A stretch of DNA of 62,236 bases, the filler included, from Choristocarpus tenellus KU-1152 (taxonomy: Eukaryota; Protista; Phaeophyceae), in assembly GCA_964200185.2 (NCBI GenBank). It is 9 parts of 9 records of this genome, joined end to end, with 100 filler letters (N's around TTAATTAATTAA, not from the genome) between each part and the next. Parts side by side here need not be neighbours in the genome. Positions count along the whole stretch, not along the records: positions 36,302 to 42,344 come from CAXNAD020009087.1; positions 42,445 to 45,273 come from CAXNAD020024383.1; positions 45,374 to 56,626 come from CAXNAD020002423.1; 6 more parts are not named here. One strand, 5' to 3'. The translations under genes and the position numbers were made by a program. The notes beneath the pieces were generated by a model, which saw nothing but the letters and a program-made list of their open reading frames with translations, did not search any database and was not told the DNA's origin. Below are positions 37,321-49,600 of the stretch, one piece after another; positions within the stretch are counted from its first letter, which is position 1; the number at the start of each line of letters is the position of its first letter.

Positions 37321-37820
37321 TGCATTGAAAGCATTACCACACAAATGTGGTTGGATCTTCAACCGATATAGAGCACTGCTCCGCAGTCTCTGCCGCCTCG
37401 GAAAAGCAGGAAGAGAGCAGGGAGTGCATCACCAGATGGTACAGTGACGAAGTCTATGGGGAAGCCTGATCACGGAGGGCAAAGGGAGAACCAGGGTGAC
37501 CGGTCAAAGGGAAGGTTGGGGAGGAGAGCAGTGTGACTGCGTGCCATTGTGCTCAGGAAATGCCGAAGTGAAAACCTGGGTGTAGAATATCTTTGTATGC
37601 GACGAAAAAGACCATAAACATCGCTTGATATGGCAGCAGGATATGCGATGGTCACAGCAAAAACTGCGAGTAGATGGGAGAGAGACTTCCTAACTAAGGG
37701 TCACATCAAGGTGTCGGAGCAAGGACGCTACGAGAGGCGTTTCATTCTGGGCCTCGACGAGGACATCCTTGGCGAGATCAAAGAGTGGGTGTGCGAACAC
37801 ACAGAAAGAAAGGGTAGAGA
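37321..37820 (+). pseudogene. DNA transposase N-terminal remnant (Tc1/IS630-like HTH region)
   Basis: One frame with three stops ending AAGYAMVTAKTASRWERDF..SEQGRY..LDEDILGEIKEWVCEH..KG, resembling the HTH-linker of eukaryotic IS630-like transposases (recalled pattern). Confidence 0.5.
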
Positions 37821-39285
37821 GGTTTTTTTCCTTCCTAAACCGTACACTTTAGTCAAGTAAGTAGTAGTGTATCTGTTCCCACTCTTTGTGACCTACAATC
37901 CATGGTTCGCCCCAATATGAGCGCTCTTTCTTCAAAAAAAAAATGGAGAAAAAAAATCAAATCCCGTACTCTGGAGGGCATTGTGACGGGCATCACGGAT
38001 ATGCTTTTATTTTTTTAAACCCGATTTCTACATTAAACATTATGACGGGACAATCCCAGAGACAAGAAAAGCTATTGGTACCACTATAACAACTTAACTA
38101 GAGACGGAGGTCTCCCCTTTTCAAACAGAAGGTGGACCGAGATTCGTGTTTCTCGTGCATTACACTTCTTCTGGAGTGTCGCTTGCCACTTGTTGCTTCT
38201 ACCACTGTGGAAGATCGTTCATTTTATCAACTCTATATTAGCAATAGACTGGAATGTCTACGACACCTGCATTTTGACATCACATCTTCTTCACTCAATT
38301 ACATCACCAAAACCACAATTTACCCAACCAATCACTTAAAAATACAGTTACCGTATAGAGGTGGGTAATTAGTCGATGTAGGAACTCACCATTGGTATCT
38401 GATTCAGATCCAGAATACTGACCTTCAATCTTGATCGTCCCACCCTCACACTGTTCATATTGAGAGGTACTCTACAGATTTATTACGACGTTTTTTATAG
38501 TACTCTACATGTGACAGAATAAAATAGGATTTCATATGAAATGGGGTGCATTCCAGGAATGTTGCCAGATCTCCATACAACTTTTTTTTGTTTCTAGAAT
38601 GTGAAAGCATAAGAATAAAGGTTTTGGAACTATATCTAGACGTTTGTAATACAGGGTTGTTATATATATATATATCTACAGTTGGACAAGAGGGAGTCCC
38701 ACATAATAATTTTAATTTCGACCTTTGCTTGAATTTGAATTGAAGGGACTGTTGTGGGTGTGGTTTAGCAATATGTACTAAATCGGTTAGTAATATAAAT
38801 ATACATAAACATCTTGAATTTTTGGGGCGTGGGTGTGATTCAATAGTCAAATTAGGAAGCCGTTTCAGCAAACAACCGCCAATTTGAACACTCCACATCT
38901 GTGCATTGGTCTCTGGCTTTGTCTTAGTATCTGATACTGTGATACAGTTTACTCCATAAGAGATTTCTATCTAACATCTATGTGGACTAACCATTACTTA
39001 TTTTATTCTTCACACTAACAAAAGGTGAGAGGTGGCAAGGAATGGCAATGACTTCAGGGTAGGGTCACTTGGAAGTTAGTTGTGAGGCGAGAATGAAAGG
39101 GGGCTTGAGAGTATTTTGTTTCACACATCATGGCTCGGTGGTTAAGGAGACTATTCCACTCTTGAATTTCGCAGGTTTAAAAACCCAACGGCACCCGACT
39201 TCTTACTGTGAAAATCTGGTTTAGATTATAAAGATTCCACTCGACAAGCTCTATGAATTGTGCAGCTGTACTTTCATCTGTCACT

Positions 39286-39544
39286 GAGCCAAAGTAAAAG
39301 AGAGGTACCGAGGTTTTGGCCGTTTTGCATTTTAATCTGTTTTCAATCTTCTGCTATTCAGCCACATTTCTTTGGATGAAGTTCTAAGTTTGACTTGAGA
39401 GTGTTTATTTCCCTATAACCTGAAACCATTTGACACAATTAGGACAACAGCCTATACACATTTGTAAAAAAAGGGTCGAATTTTGCACATACTTGTCAGT
39501 ATCCTTGAAATGCAATCCTAGGTACCTCTCGTTTCCTCTGATTC
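39286..39544. mobile_element. MITE family C (reverse orientation)
   Basis: GAGCCAAAGTAAAAGAGAGGTACC...GGTACCTCTCGTTTCCTCTGATTC. Confidence 0.78.
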
Positions 39545-42444
39545 ACGATAACACAAAAAGGATGGACCAACAAGGGGATAGCAAGGGTTTTTATTGCGAA
39601 GCAGCACTAAGGTGGGTCTTGCACAGGGTTGAAGGGAGAAGAGGGGACAATGAGCAATGGGGTGACAGAATCAAACAGGCGAGAAATACGACACAAATGG
39701 AGGCACTACAATTAGGCATAGTACGACAGTTAGTTCAGATAGTTTTAACAGAAGAATGAGAAGTAGTGTAACGTGTTGTGCCTCTGACCATGGGTCAGGA
39801 TGGTCCCCAGACTGAAGGGGCGATAGCAAATAATATCAAGAATGATGGTGATTGTAATGATAAAAAATGATAACAGTGATAATGATAATCAGCGCATGAT
39901 ACTGGTGTTATCTTGAGAAACTGTTGTTCTATTTGCACGTAACATTCATGACTGAAAAACAGATGCTAAGGTATACCTTCTGAAGGCAGAGGACACCCCA
40001 AAGGTAAACCTTCAAGTGAAGGTAGCTATGGTCAAGGGTGAGATGAGAAATATACGGGGCCACGGGGACAGATCACGATTTTCCAATATCTATCTGACAT
40101 GTTCATCCACATCTGGTCAAATCTTCAACATGAAGGTGCATGGGCAAAGTAATAGCCACTCACAAATGGAATCCCGTCGTTTCTGTCTAGGAAGTAACTG
40201 AGAGGAGCAAGGGCATGGGCTCTCTTCTCCCATTACGATGGACAAGGCACGGGAAAGTCCAGTAGAAAGTGTAGAAAACGTTACAAAAAAATGATATTAA
40301 TTACAGATGGCAAGCTGCAGCACCAAATGCGCTTTGTATATATATCATTGAACAGCATGGCATATGGATGTTACGGTCTTGACAATGGGCAAGATATTCT
40401 GGGAAAGTGATACATTGAACTCTCTTTGTTGAAAAATACAAAACATCTGAGGCGTAGTATATCAATCGTGTTTGCTGCAGGAGAGAACAACAATTATCCC
40501 AGCGGAGGGAAGGTGAAGGTATGATAGTGTGGAAATATTATCACAAACACGGGAATGCGGGCATTGAAGGTCAATCTGTAAACGAGGGCAAGACAGGAAT
40601 TAAGCTGGCAATGCACCATCACTTGTAATCTTTTGAGGCAAGAGAGTTGTTCTCCTGTATAATAAAATTAGTAATGAAAAGGGGCATCTAAAGGTGGAGG
40701 ATTGTGAGCGAATCATTGGCAAGATGATCTGAGGATCTTTCCACGAACATACTTGACTGCGCATTAACAGGCAAATCAACGTGGAATATATGTATGTGCT
40801 GTCCAGAGTATGTTTCAATGCCAAGTTTTCCCACCATGACTGGATGATGATACAGCATCTTCAGCCCTCAAGGATGTAGTCAAACGTTTGTGCCTTGAAG
40901 GATAGCCAAACCTAATATAACTCGATCGCTGACTTGTATTATTGTTGCTAAAAATAGTGAGTATAACTTCAACTAATCAGAGTCACTTCAGAAGGTATCT
41001 TACCTCATATAATCTGAACCCTGTATACAATCTATACCTCAAAGCAACCCCCTTAGTATGATATCACACAATCGGAAAAAGGTTCATTATCGGTTTATTG
41101 CGAAAACACATGCAGTGTGAGGGGTATATATCGGCTTCAACTCTGTCACCAGGCAGATGCGCTACACAAAGAAAGGAAACGACCTACCTTGTACTAAAAT
41201 GAATGTAGAGTTTCGAGAAAGCATGTCACCTAAATATATCAGTAGGAAATGTTCGTAATCCAGATAATAGGGTGAAACCACGTAGAAAAAAAGACCCTTT
41301 CAATGTGACCTAGTGACAGACATGGTAGAGTGACACTCATACCTCTCACCGCTCGTTTTGCATTTGACTTAACGTTCAAAGTAGGGACCTTTTGCAGATC
41401 TGTAAGATACTCGTTTTCTCAACAGCAAATACTCGAAACCACTAAAGGTAATATCTGAAGACAACCTCTTTCACAAAAATATCACAAACATCAGTAACAC
41501 TTTTTGTTTACATTTTTGAGTTTTTGTTTTGTTTTGTAGATGCACGATAGCGGAGAACCTCCAAATGAGACTGGCGTGGGTGAGTAGGTAGGTGGGTATG
41601 TAACTGCGGCAAAATAGAGTCAGGTTGTGTAAAATAGATCAAGCTCTAGAACCATTAATGCTCAATATTTTTTGGATGACCTCGATCTGCACGGCCTATT
41701 CACTTTGCCACAATTTTTACCTGGAAACGTCGTTTGGGGGTACTACTAACTAGCCTTTGCTTGCTTCAAATTGCGAGTGCACGAAACAGTGTCTTGAAAT
41801 GTAATTTTCAATGCACTCTGCAACACTACTACACAGTGCAATTTTAGCGAGTGTGGCAGATTGTCACAATCATCATCATCATCAGTAAAAACGATCAAAC
41901 GTATGATTTAGAGGTGTTACCAGTGGTCACCTATGGTGACTGGTGCGTATACTTAAAAAAAGGGATAAGTTGTACTTGTAGATATAGGTGTCAATAAGTC
42001 GTATTTAGTCGTGTTCGTTTATCAGATTGTATCAATTGTCCTATTATTGAAAGCCTCTCCATTTAATCCCCTCGCTACAAGCAGGGTTGTGTGCTTGACG
42101 GATTACTGAAATAATTGATTTGTTCAACAGGACCTACTCTTTGGGCTTTGGGAGGAACTTGGGGTGACCACCTCCCAATCTAATCCGTCGTGTTGGAGGA
42201 TATCATTTTAGCTTTTGCACGCATCGTCGGTATTACTTCTGTGGATAGTTCAATAGCATATATGCATAATATCCAATTCTGTGACGGACAGGTCCCTTCG
42301 GGAGCTGATCTTAGTCCAAATACACATCCGCGCGCAAACACAAGNNNNNNNNNNNNNNNNNNNNNNNNNNNNNNNNNNNNNNNNNNNNTTAATTAATTAA
42401 NNNNNNNNNNNNNNNNNNNNNNNNNNNNNNNNNNNNNNNNNNNN

Positions 42445-42500
42445 CATTGGATTTTGGCCCCCAAATGGACGAGGCCCTACCCTCTAAGATACTTTGGTTC
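42445..42500. mobile_element. MITE family B terminus at contig start
   Basis: CATTGGATTTTGGCCCCCAAATGGACGAGGCCCTACCCTCTAAGATACTTTGGTTC matches the end of 22018-22277. Confidence 0.75.
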
Positions 42501-43049
42501 ACCCCATTTTGGCCATAGAAAGTCGACAGTAGCCCATTTTGGTTGGTGCGAGTGAGACAAAGGAATAGTTAACGATTACTGCCAAACAGAATTGTCGCAA
42601 CCTGTATATCTGAATGCTTTCGGTTCTTGTGATGGGTATAATTTGTTGGCTAACCGTTAAGAAATTTTGTTCAACGATGAGCTTCAGATACCAAGGACAT
42701 GATATGATGTTGTTGAGAGGGACACCCAGGAGAGACAAAAATGATCATCTTCACCATACGTTCGTCTGAGGTACAGATACGAACACAGCAGGCAGCACAA
42801 CTGGAGTGCAGGTCACACTCCCACCTCAGTCCCTTGGATCCCATATCTCCAACTACGAAGGTTTGCCACGCCTTGGAAGGCCCAATGAAGGGAAGCCCTT
42901 ACCCCATATGCCCACATTGACATTGAATGAAACCTGAAACCCTCAATGTTGTCTATTGGGAGGGCATCAAGTGCAAACCACACGTCAACTTTCCCCGAGG
43001 GATACTCACCTGTCCAGTGTGCGTGGTAGTGAGTGCAAACAAAGGCAGG

Positions 43050-43610
43050 TACCCCAAAATGCAGTGATAAACAGCATACAGGAAATATGAAAATATCTCA
43101 GCCAGGTACTACAAGAACTGCTGGAGGTGCTGAATCAGGTAATAGAGGAAAGGAACTTGGGCAGACCTCTCGTTGATGCTGAGAGTATTTCTTTCCTCAT
43201 GGACCCCTGTTACGAGAGGTTTGAAAAGGACAGCTACAAAGGCACTTCAGACAAGATATGGAGAAGTGTCATCGACGATCTCCACTTACTGCTCCACCAG
43301 CAACAACACTCATGGCATTGGTGAGGATAAGATAACAGATCTATCCGAGTCCTTACTCTCCCTGCCGCTCAGGTACTCCCAGAGTCAGACAGCAGTGAGG
43401 AGGGCACCCACTCTAGGTAGGCACCAAGTCTCAGCAAGCTTTTGTGGATGCTGGGAAGAGGAGGCAAAAGCAACCCATGCCACATCTGTGAGTAGAGGTA
43501 CTCCGCCATCCCAACTTGCAAAAAAGGACCTCGAGGAGTACCTTGTCATATAAGAGGATTTGTAGCTTTGCAGCGTCAACCTCCTCCAATACTGGGAGGT
43601 GGTACTCCAA
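43050..43610 (+). pseudogene. hAT transposase C-terminal remnant
   Basis: ISFLMDPCY (LDPR-like motif) followed, after a frameshift, by KDLEEYL...NLLQYWE, the start of the hAT dimerisation domain; stops present. Confidence 0.6.
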
Positions 43611-43703
43611 CTGCTAGACCTTTAGTCTAGCTTGAACCACTGTCGAACCACTCTGCCGTCTTTACGGTGCCATCAAAATATATGCTATTACTATGCCCTC
43701 TGG

Positions 43704-43961
43704 GAGTCAAAGTAAACAAGAGGTGGTGCCCAGAGTTGCATTTTAAGATGCTGACAAATATGTGCAAAAGTTTTTTTTTCACAATCGTGTAAAAGATATA
43801 TTCTGAGTTGTGTCCATTTTTTTTAACAATCGAGAAATAATGAACGCTCTCAAGTTAATCTTAGAACATCCTTGGAAATACGGGTGAAATACAGATGATT
43901 GAAAAAGAGACCAGAAATGCAAAACGGCCAAAACCTGGGTATCTCTGGCTTATTTTGGCCG
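43704..43961. mobile_element. MITE family C
   Basis: GAGTCAAAGTAAACAAGAGG...GGGTATCTCTGGCTTATTTTGGCC; collinear with 19824-20076. Confidence 0.78.
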
Positions 43962-45039
43962 TGACATTTTACAGATATGTCAGGGAGAAGAAAGGTGAAT
44001 CTACATCACAAGAACCCCTGTAAAATTACAGTTATCGTCAATGTAAAAGGTACCTCCCAAAATTTAATTAAAATATTTGAGTACTAGCTATAGAACAGTG
44101 CTTCCTTAAGGTTGATGATTACAACAATGTATACCCTGCTGCTATGCCTCTACCCCAGCTTAGCCTACAAAGGTAAGTGAGGAGCTAGGGAAGCATCCCA
44201 AGAGTCTGACAAGCCCCTTTTTGTCCATCTGACTGGTGTCTCCAGGTTAAAACGCATCACACGTCTCGAGAGAGTCACTTGTGCAGTGGCAGACACTACT
44301 ACTTGTCTTAAACGAAACTTGACAGTCTCTTTCCTACTATTTCCTCTTGGCCCTCTCCTCCCTACTGCACGCGTAGCTAACTCATCTTTAAAAAAAAATA
44401 TTTGCTTTCTAAGGCGCCCAAAACTTTCCACTGTGAAGGTGTCAAAATCTTTTACATATTAATATCGCCACCGAAATTTTGCTGATGTGTTAAGGAAAAA
44501 GCCAAACCAGTATGACAAGGAACCCTGTAAGAGTAACAGTTGTGGTAAATGTGAAAGACAGTCTCCAAAGATTCTAGATATCGAAGTACTATTTTATGTT
44601 ATTATTCCCTCTGACATTTTCCAGACATATATGTGTAAGGGGAAAAATCAATGAAAAGTCAAAATTCAATATCATAGGAACCCCTCCAAAAGTAATAGTT
44701 GGCGTAAATGTGAAAATTATTTTTCTATAATATCTGTTTACTATTTGACTACCAGCTATGTTACACCAATCTCCTATACCTCCAACCTAGCTTAGACCTA
44801 TACCACAATGCGCCTCCTTGCCCATCTCCTTGGTGTCTCCAGGTTTAAACGCATGACACGTCTTATTATGGAGACACTTGTGACAGTATATATTTGGTAA
44901 ACAGAATTTGATGATTCGAAATATATAGTTAACAAAAGTATGCGTTACCATACCGTATCGTCGATTTTCCAAATTATCTTACTGGATTGAGTTGAGAATT
45001 GAGATTGCCTGGCTCCTCAACTCCTGGTCCCTCTCCTCT

Positions 45040-45273
45040 AGGCTAGGCTATCTTGTGAGGGTCACTCCCCCTCACCTGCTCGCTCCACCATGGAGCAAGC
45101 GGACAACACCTCCCTGTGGATGCTAGAGAGGATAATGGAGATAGTTGATGCAACAGAGGTGACAGACTTCTTCGAGGGAGGGTGCAACAATAGGTCTCTC
45201 CGCCTAGAGACCCACCAACAAGTACAGGCACAGATGCCTACAAGTGCGGGGGGTCTAGGCCTCTCTTCCATGA
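45040..45273 (+). mobile_element. Non-LTR retrotransposon fragment (post-RT region, CRE/R2-like)
   Basis: LGYLVRV...QVQAQMPTSAGGLGLSS: the GGLGL motif that follows the RT domain in RLE-type LINEs; cut by contig end. Confidence 0.6.
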
Positions 45274-45373
45274 NNNNNNNNNNNNNNNNNNNNNNNNNNN
45301 NNNNNNNNNNNNNNNNNTTAATTAATTAANNNNNNNNNNNNNNNNNNNNNNNNNNNNNNNNNNNNNNNNNNNN

Positions 45374-45483
45374 CTCCTAAACATGTTGGAGTAGAAAAAT
45401 ATCATTAAAAAAACCCATGGGAAGCCAAGCCCCACAAATGGACAAACAGGGAAAAATTCTTACCCTCTAAGATAGTTTCACTC
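45374..45483. mobile_element. MITE family B, partial (contig start)
   Basis: Ends GGACAAACAGGG...TACCCTCTAAGATAGTTTCACTC, reverse complement of the 22018 left end. Confidence 0.75.
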
Positions 45484-45989
45484 ATATTGTAAAGCAAAGT
45501 ACAACAGTTAAGCACTTCTGTCACCCCTCTACCAAAATTGCATAGACTCTATTGACACAGCAAAGCTCAGCGCCGTTCGAGTTTTTTTTCACAAGCAAAT
45601 TGATAGCAACACTAACTCGTTTTTTAAGTAAGATGTACAAGCTGAATTTCCAGCTGGGTAGTGCCCCTCCTGCATTTTTTAGAAGATTATGGCGTCTCTT
45701 CATGCATGTTCTTCACAATGCAATTTGAGAGCAACCTCGAAACATTTTGGCGGGCGTGGGGGACTGAAAGGCTTTGTGGATGGCCTCTGTATTGTAGATG
45801 TCCAACTCATCTACGAACCAAGTGCTCCTTTAGGTTCAAGCTTTTGCAAACCCCCTCTCAACAGTGCACAAAGCATGCTTCTCCCATGACACAAAGTGCT
45901 TAAGGTAAAAGAAAACCATTAAAAAATACTTTCTGAGCCAATGATCTTGATGTTCACCAAAATGGTTAAGACCGCATGTAGGTAGGTAG

Positions 45990-46238
45990 GAGTAAAGTAT
46001 CTTAGAGGGTATGAGTTTTGCCTTGTTTGTCCGTTTGGTGCTTGCCTCCCCACCGTTTTATTTATGATATACTACTACTGTCCTACTACGAAATGTTTCG
46101 GAGTAGGCAAGATGTATATGCTATGAAAAGGTGTGTACAGAAAAAGGATATTGACACTTCCTAATAAACATGGTAGCCAAAATTACTTCAAAATCGCAAC
46201 ATTGGATTTTGGCCCCCAAACGGACGCGGCTCTACCCT
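45990..46238. mobile_element. MITE family B whose distal TIR is replaced by telomeric repeats
   Basis: Collinear with 22018-22277 up to GCGGCTCTACCCT, then AACCCTAAC instead of CTAAGATGCTTTGGCTC. Confidence 0.82.
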
Positions 46239-46628
46239 AACCCTAACATGCTTTGACTCGTAGATCTAGATCAAGGGGGGAGGGGGGNNNNNNNNNNCGT
46301 GCTTTGACTCGTAGATCAAGAGAAGGGGGGGGGGGGGGGGAGGGTCTGATGGCAAACATACTCCTTGCAGTGACTCATGAGTCAAGAAGAAATATATATA
46401 TATGTAACATTCTGAATAAACCATCTCAATGTTTATGGAAGTGCATGGACTGCAGGTGGGTTGGTCCTCATGTGGACATGTATGTGCCTGACAACAGCTC
46501 TACCTGTCCACACTGCCCACTTCTCGCCATTCCTTCGGCTACCTTTCTTAATTTTGAAAATGACCCAATCAATACCCCCAACATTCATCATCCTCAAACT
46601 TGTAATACCAATCACTCTTCATTCTTAC

Positions 46629-49600
46629 CTTTGCTTGTATTGTGCCTCCATAGCAGCAAGAACTCGTCCTTTATGACCTCGAAACAACCTCTGCAGAGTA
46701 CTTGCCACTTTTAACCGGCTATGTAAGAAATTTCTGGCCTCCATTTGCCGAGCAAGGGCTTGTATCCTAGTAGCAGCTATTCCTCGAATTTCCTCCTCCC
46801 AGCGGAGATCAGCAATCCTTAGCCTCCTCTTGATGCATATTGTTGCCCACCGCCGGATTGCTGTTTTAGCCTGTTGACGACGAATGAGTCGCCTGCGCAC
46901 TGTGGAGCCACGAACATGGCTTTGGCAGATTAATGCAGCTGCTGCAAGGTCCTTATATTTTGATAGTCCAAAGTTCGGTCAGGGTACACAGAGGTTTTGT
47001 TGTTGGCCGTTGATGTTCATGCTGAGAAGGACAGATGAGCTGGCTAGTCCATGCTATAGATAGAGAAATCCAGAAAGACTTGGTACTGAATAAAACTGTT
47101 ACTGTGCTCCTTGGGGCATCCATTGGGTGTACACCCACTACTGCAATCTTCAATATACCCAAAACATTTAAGAGCGTAGGGCCACATCCGTTCAGGGTCA
47201 TGAATCTAATGTTGTGATTTTGAGGAATTTTGGCTATCATGTTTGTTTTGAAAGTGTCAATATCCTTGCTCTGGACACACCTTTCATAGCCGTGTACATT
47301 TTTCGTACTCCTACATGTTTCGGAGTAGGTAACATATGTTCACACAGAAAACCGAAAAAGGGCATAAAAAAACTGTAGGAAGCCAACCCTGAACGGACAA
47401 ACAGGGCAAAAGTCCTACCCTCTTAAATGCTTTGGGTCTAAATCTCACTGGTGTGTGTCAACATAACTATTCGTTTCATATCCAAAAAATTCTGCATGTC
47501 ACTGCCAAGCTATGTACACCCACGAAAAAGTGAATCGTCACCTGCTCATCCATGTTCACTGTGGCAAGGCTTGTTAAATCTCCTCTGTTATCCTCACCAC
47601 CCATGTTCCCCTCACACTCATACTCCTCCTGTGGAAAGATGTTTCCATGACAACGTACTTTCTGATTCTCCTTGCTCGACATGTCCACATCATTTTCCAG
47701 TTGCATATCTAATGCCATTCCCTTGATCAGGGACCCAGCACATCTCTCAGTATCTGCTATATTGAATACTGAGCTCTCTTTACAAGCAATTTCCAGTGAA
47801 GTGCTCTCTTGTTCGCCTCCTGCCCATTCTTTCTTTGACATATCTTTGCCTGGACTGCCCTGATTCATGTCCGAGGCTGCCACTGCCTTTGACCTTCCCC
47901 TTGGTGTCGAATACTCTATAATTGGTGGTACTTGAACTGCATCCTTCTGGAGGTGAGAAGCACCACAGAGAGTCCCTCTCTCTTCGTCTTCTACCACTTC
48001 ATGATCTACCTGCCGTCCACCTTGTTCCACTAGGGTTTGTGTTACACAGCATACCTCTCGACATCGAGACATGTACTTCCCCAACTCACGTCGTATCACA
48101 CTTGCTGCAGACCAACGATCCCTTTCCTCCTCCCTCCGCCGATCTTCTTTTTGTCTCGCTTGCTCTCTCTCAAACTCCGTATCTCCTTGGAAATCAGGGT
48201 GCCCCCCTTCCTTCTCACGCCATTCCTCTCCAACTACTTCTTCTGCGATGGTGACTCCCCTATCTTCACCCCTACCCTTCTCAGACTCCCTATTATCTAG
48301 CTCCTCCATCTTATTCTCGCTCAGTCTCTGTACTCCTGCGGTCACCTCCATTTCCTCTCTCTCCTGTTCATCCCTTCGACCACTTGATTCCCACTTGTCA
48401 CCTCCATCTACCTCTCTACGACCTGGTGCCAAACCGGCACCTAGCTGAATATCCTGCCCTAAATTCTGTCTCCCTGCTGCAGCATCTCCTGAGTATTCTG
48501 TCGAAGACTCTACACAACACTCGTTGAACTGTGCCTCACTGAAACAAACTTTCCCTGAGGTGAAAAGCAATTCCTCTCCCTGACCCGACTCTGAAGCTTC
48601 ACTTTGGTTAGTTTGCGGTCTGTATACAGTTTCCTCGCCTCTCACAAGTATTCCTGTAGTGGGTTGTATCAGACCCATGTTGGCCTCTTGTTCATAACCA
48701 ACACCACCCTCCCCCCTTTTGGTTCGTTTTGTTGGTGATAGTGCTGTGCTCTGCGGTTCTCCATCACTACCACTCCATCCCTCTTCTGTTTCTGGACCAA
48801 TCTCAGGTGGGTGCCAGGCCGTCTTGTTCTTTTTACCTGAATCTGATTCAACACCCATCTTATCTACAACATGATCCATCTCTTGCCAGGGAGATTCCGG
48901 TCCAACTCCCTCATCTACTGCACTCCACAAGTAGTCGTTGCTACCCTTACCAAGTGCTTCACTGCCTCTTGTACCATCTTCACCGATACTTCCCTCGTCC
49001 CTTGCCTGACCCAGGCGAGGGTAGGCACTTCTTGGTCGTCTTATCTGAGGGATATGCAGTCCTCCCATTTGAATGGGTTGTGTGTTGTCTAGGTCAAACC
49101 TGTCCAAATACTTGTGCCGACTTGCCACAGGAACCCTGTCTGGTGGTATAATGACCTGATGGCTATTGGTATCACTACGTTCTCTACCTGTTTCTTCCAG
49201 GGCCTGTTCTTCCATGTCCCACCAGGTGCAGGTTGACCTATCTGCTGCTCCCATAGCACCTGCTGAGGCTGGCCGTACATTGTGGAGTGCCAATAGCTCT
49301 CTTCCACCTCTAGGTTCATGAGCCTTTTTCCGGGCATGAGGCAGTCCGTTCAATACTTCCCCATGTCTGTCATTCTCCATGACCGATTTTTGCTTTCGCA
49401 GCTTGTGTTGGGTACTGCACTTCCTACCAGTTACACCATGATTAAATCTCCACCCAGGGAGTATCTGGTTAGAATCCTGCGTCACATTCACATAAGATGT
49501 GCTGGATGAATTGCTTCCCCCAGCCCTGTGGTAGAGTAGCACATTGTCATCAGGGTTTTCCATTTGCCAGTCATCACTGTGACTATACTTGGAGTGTGAA

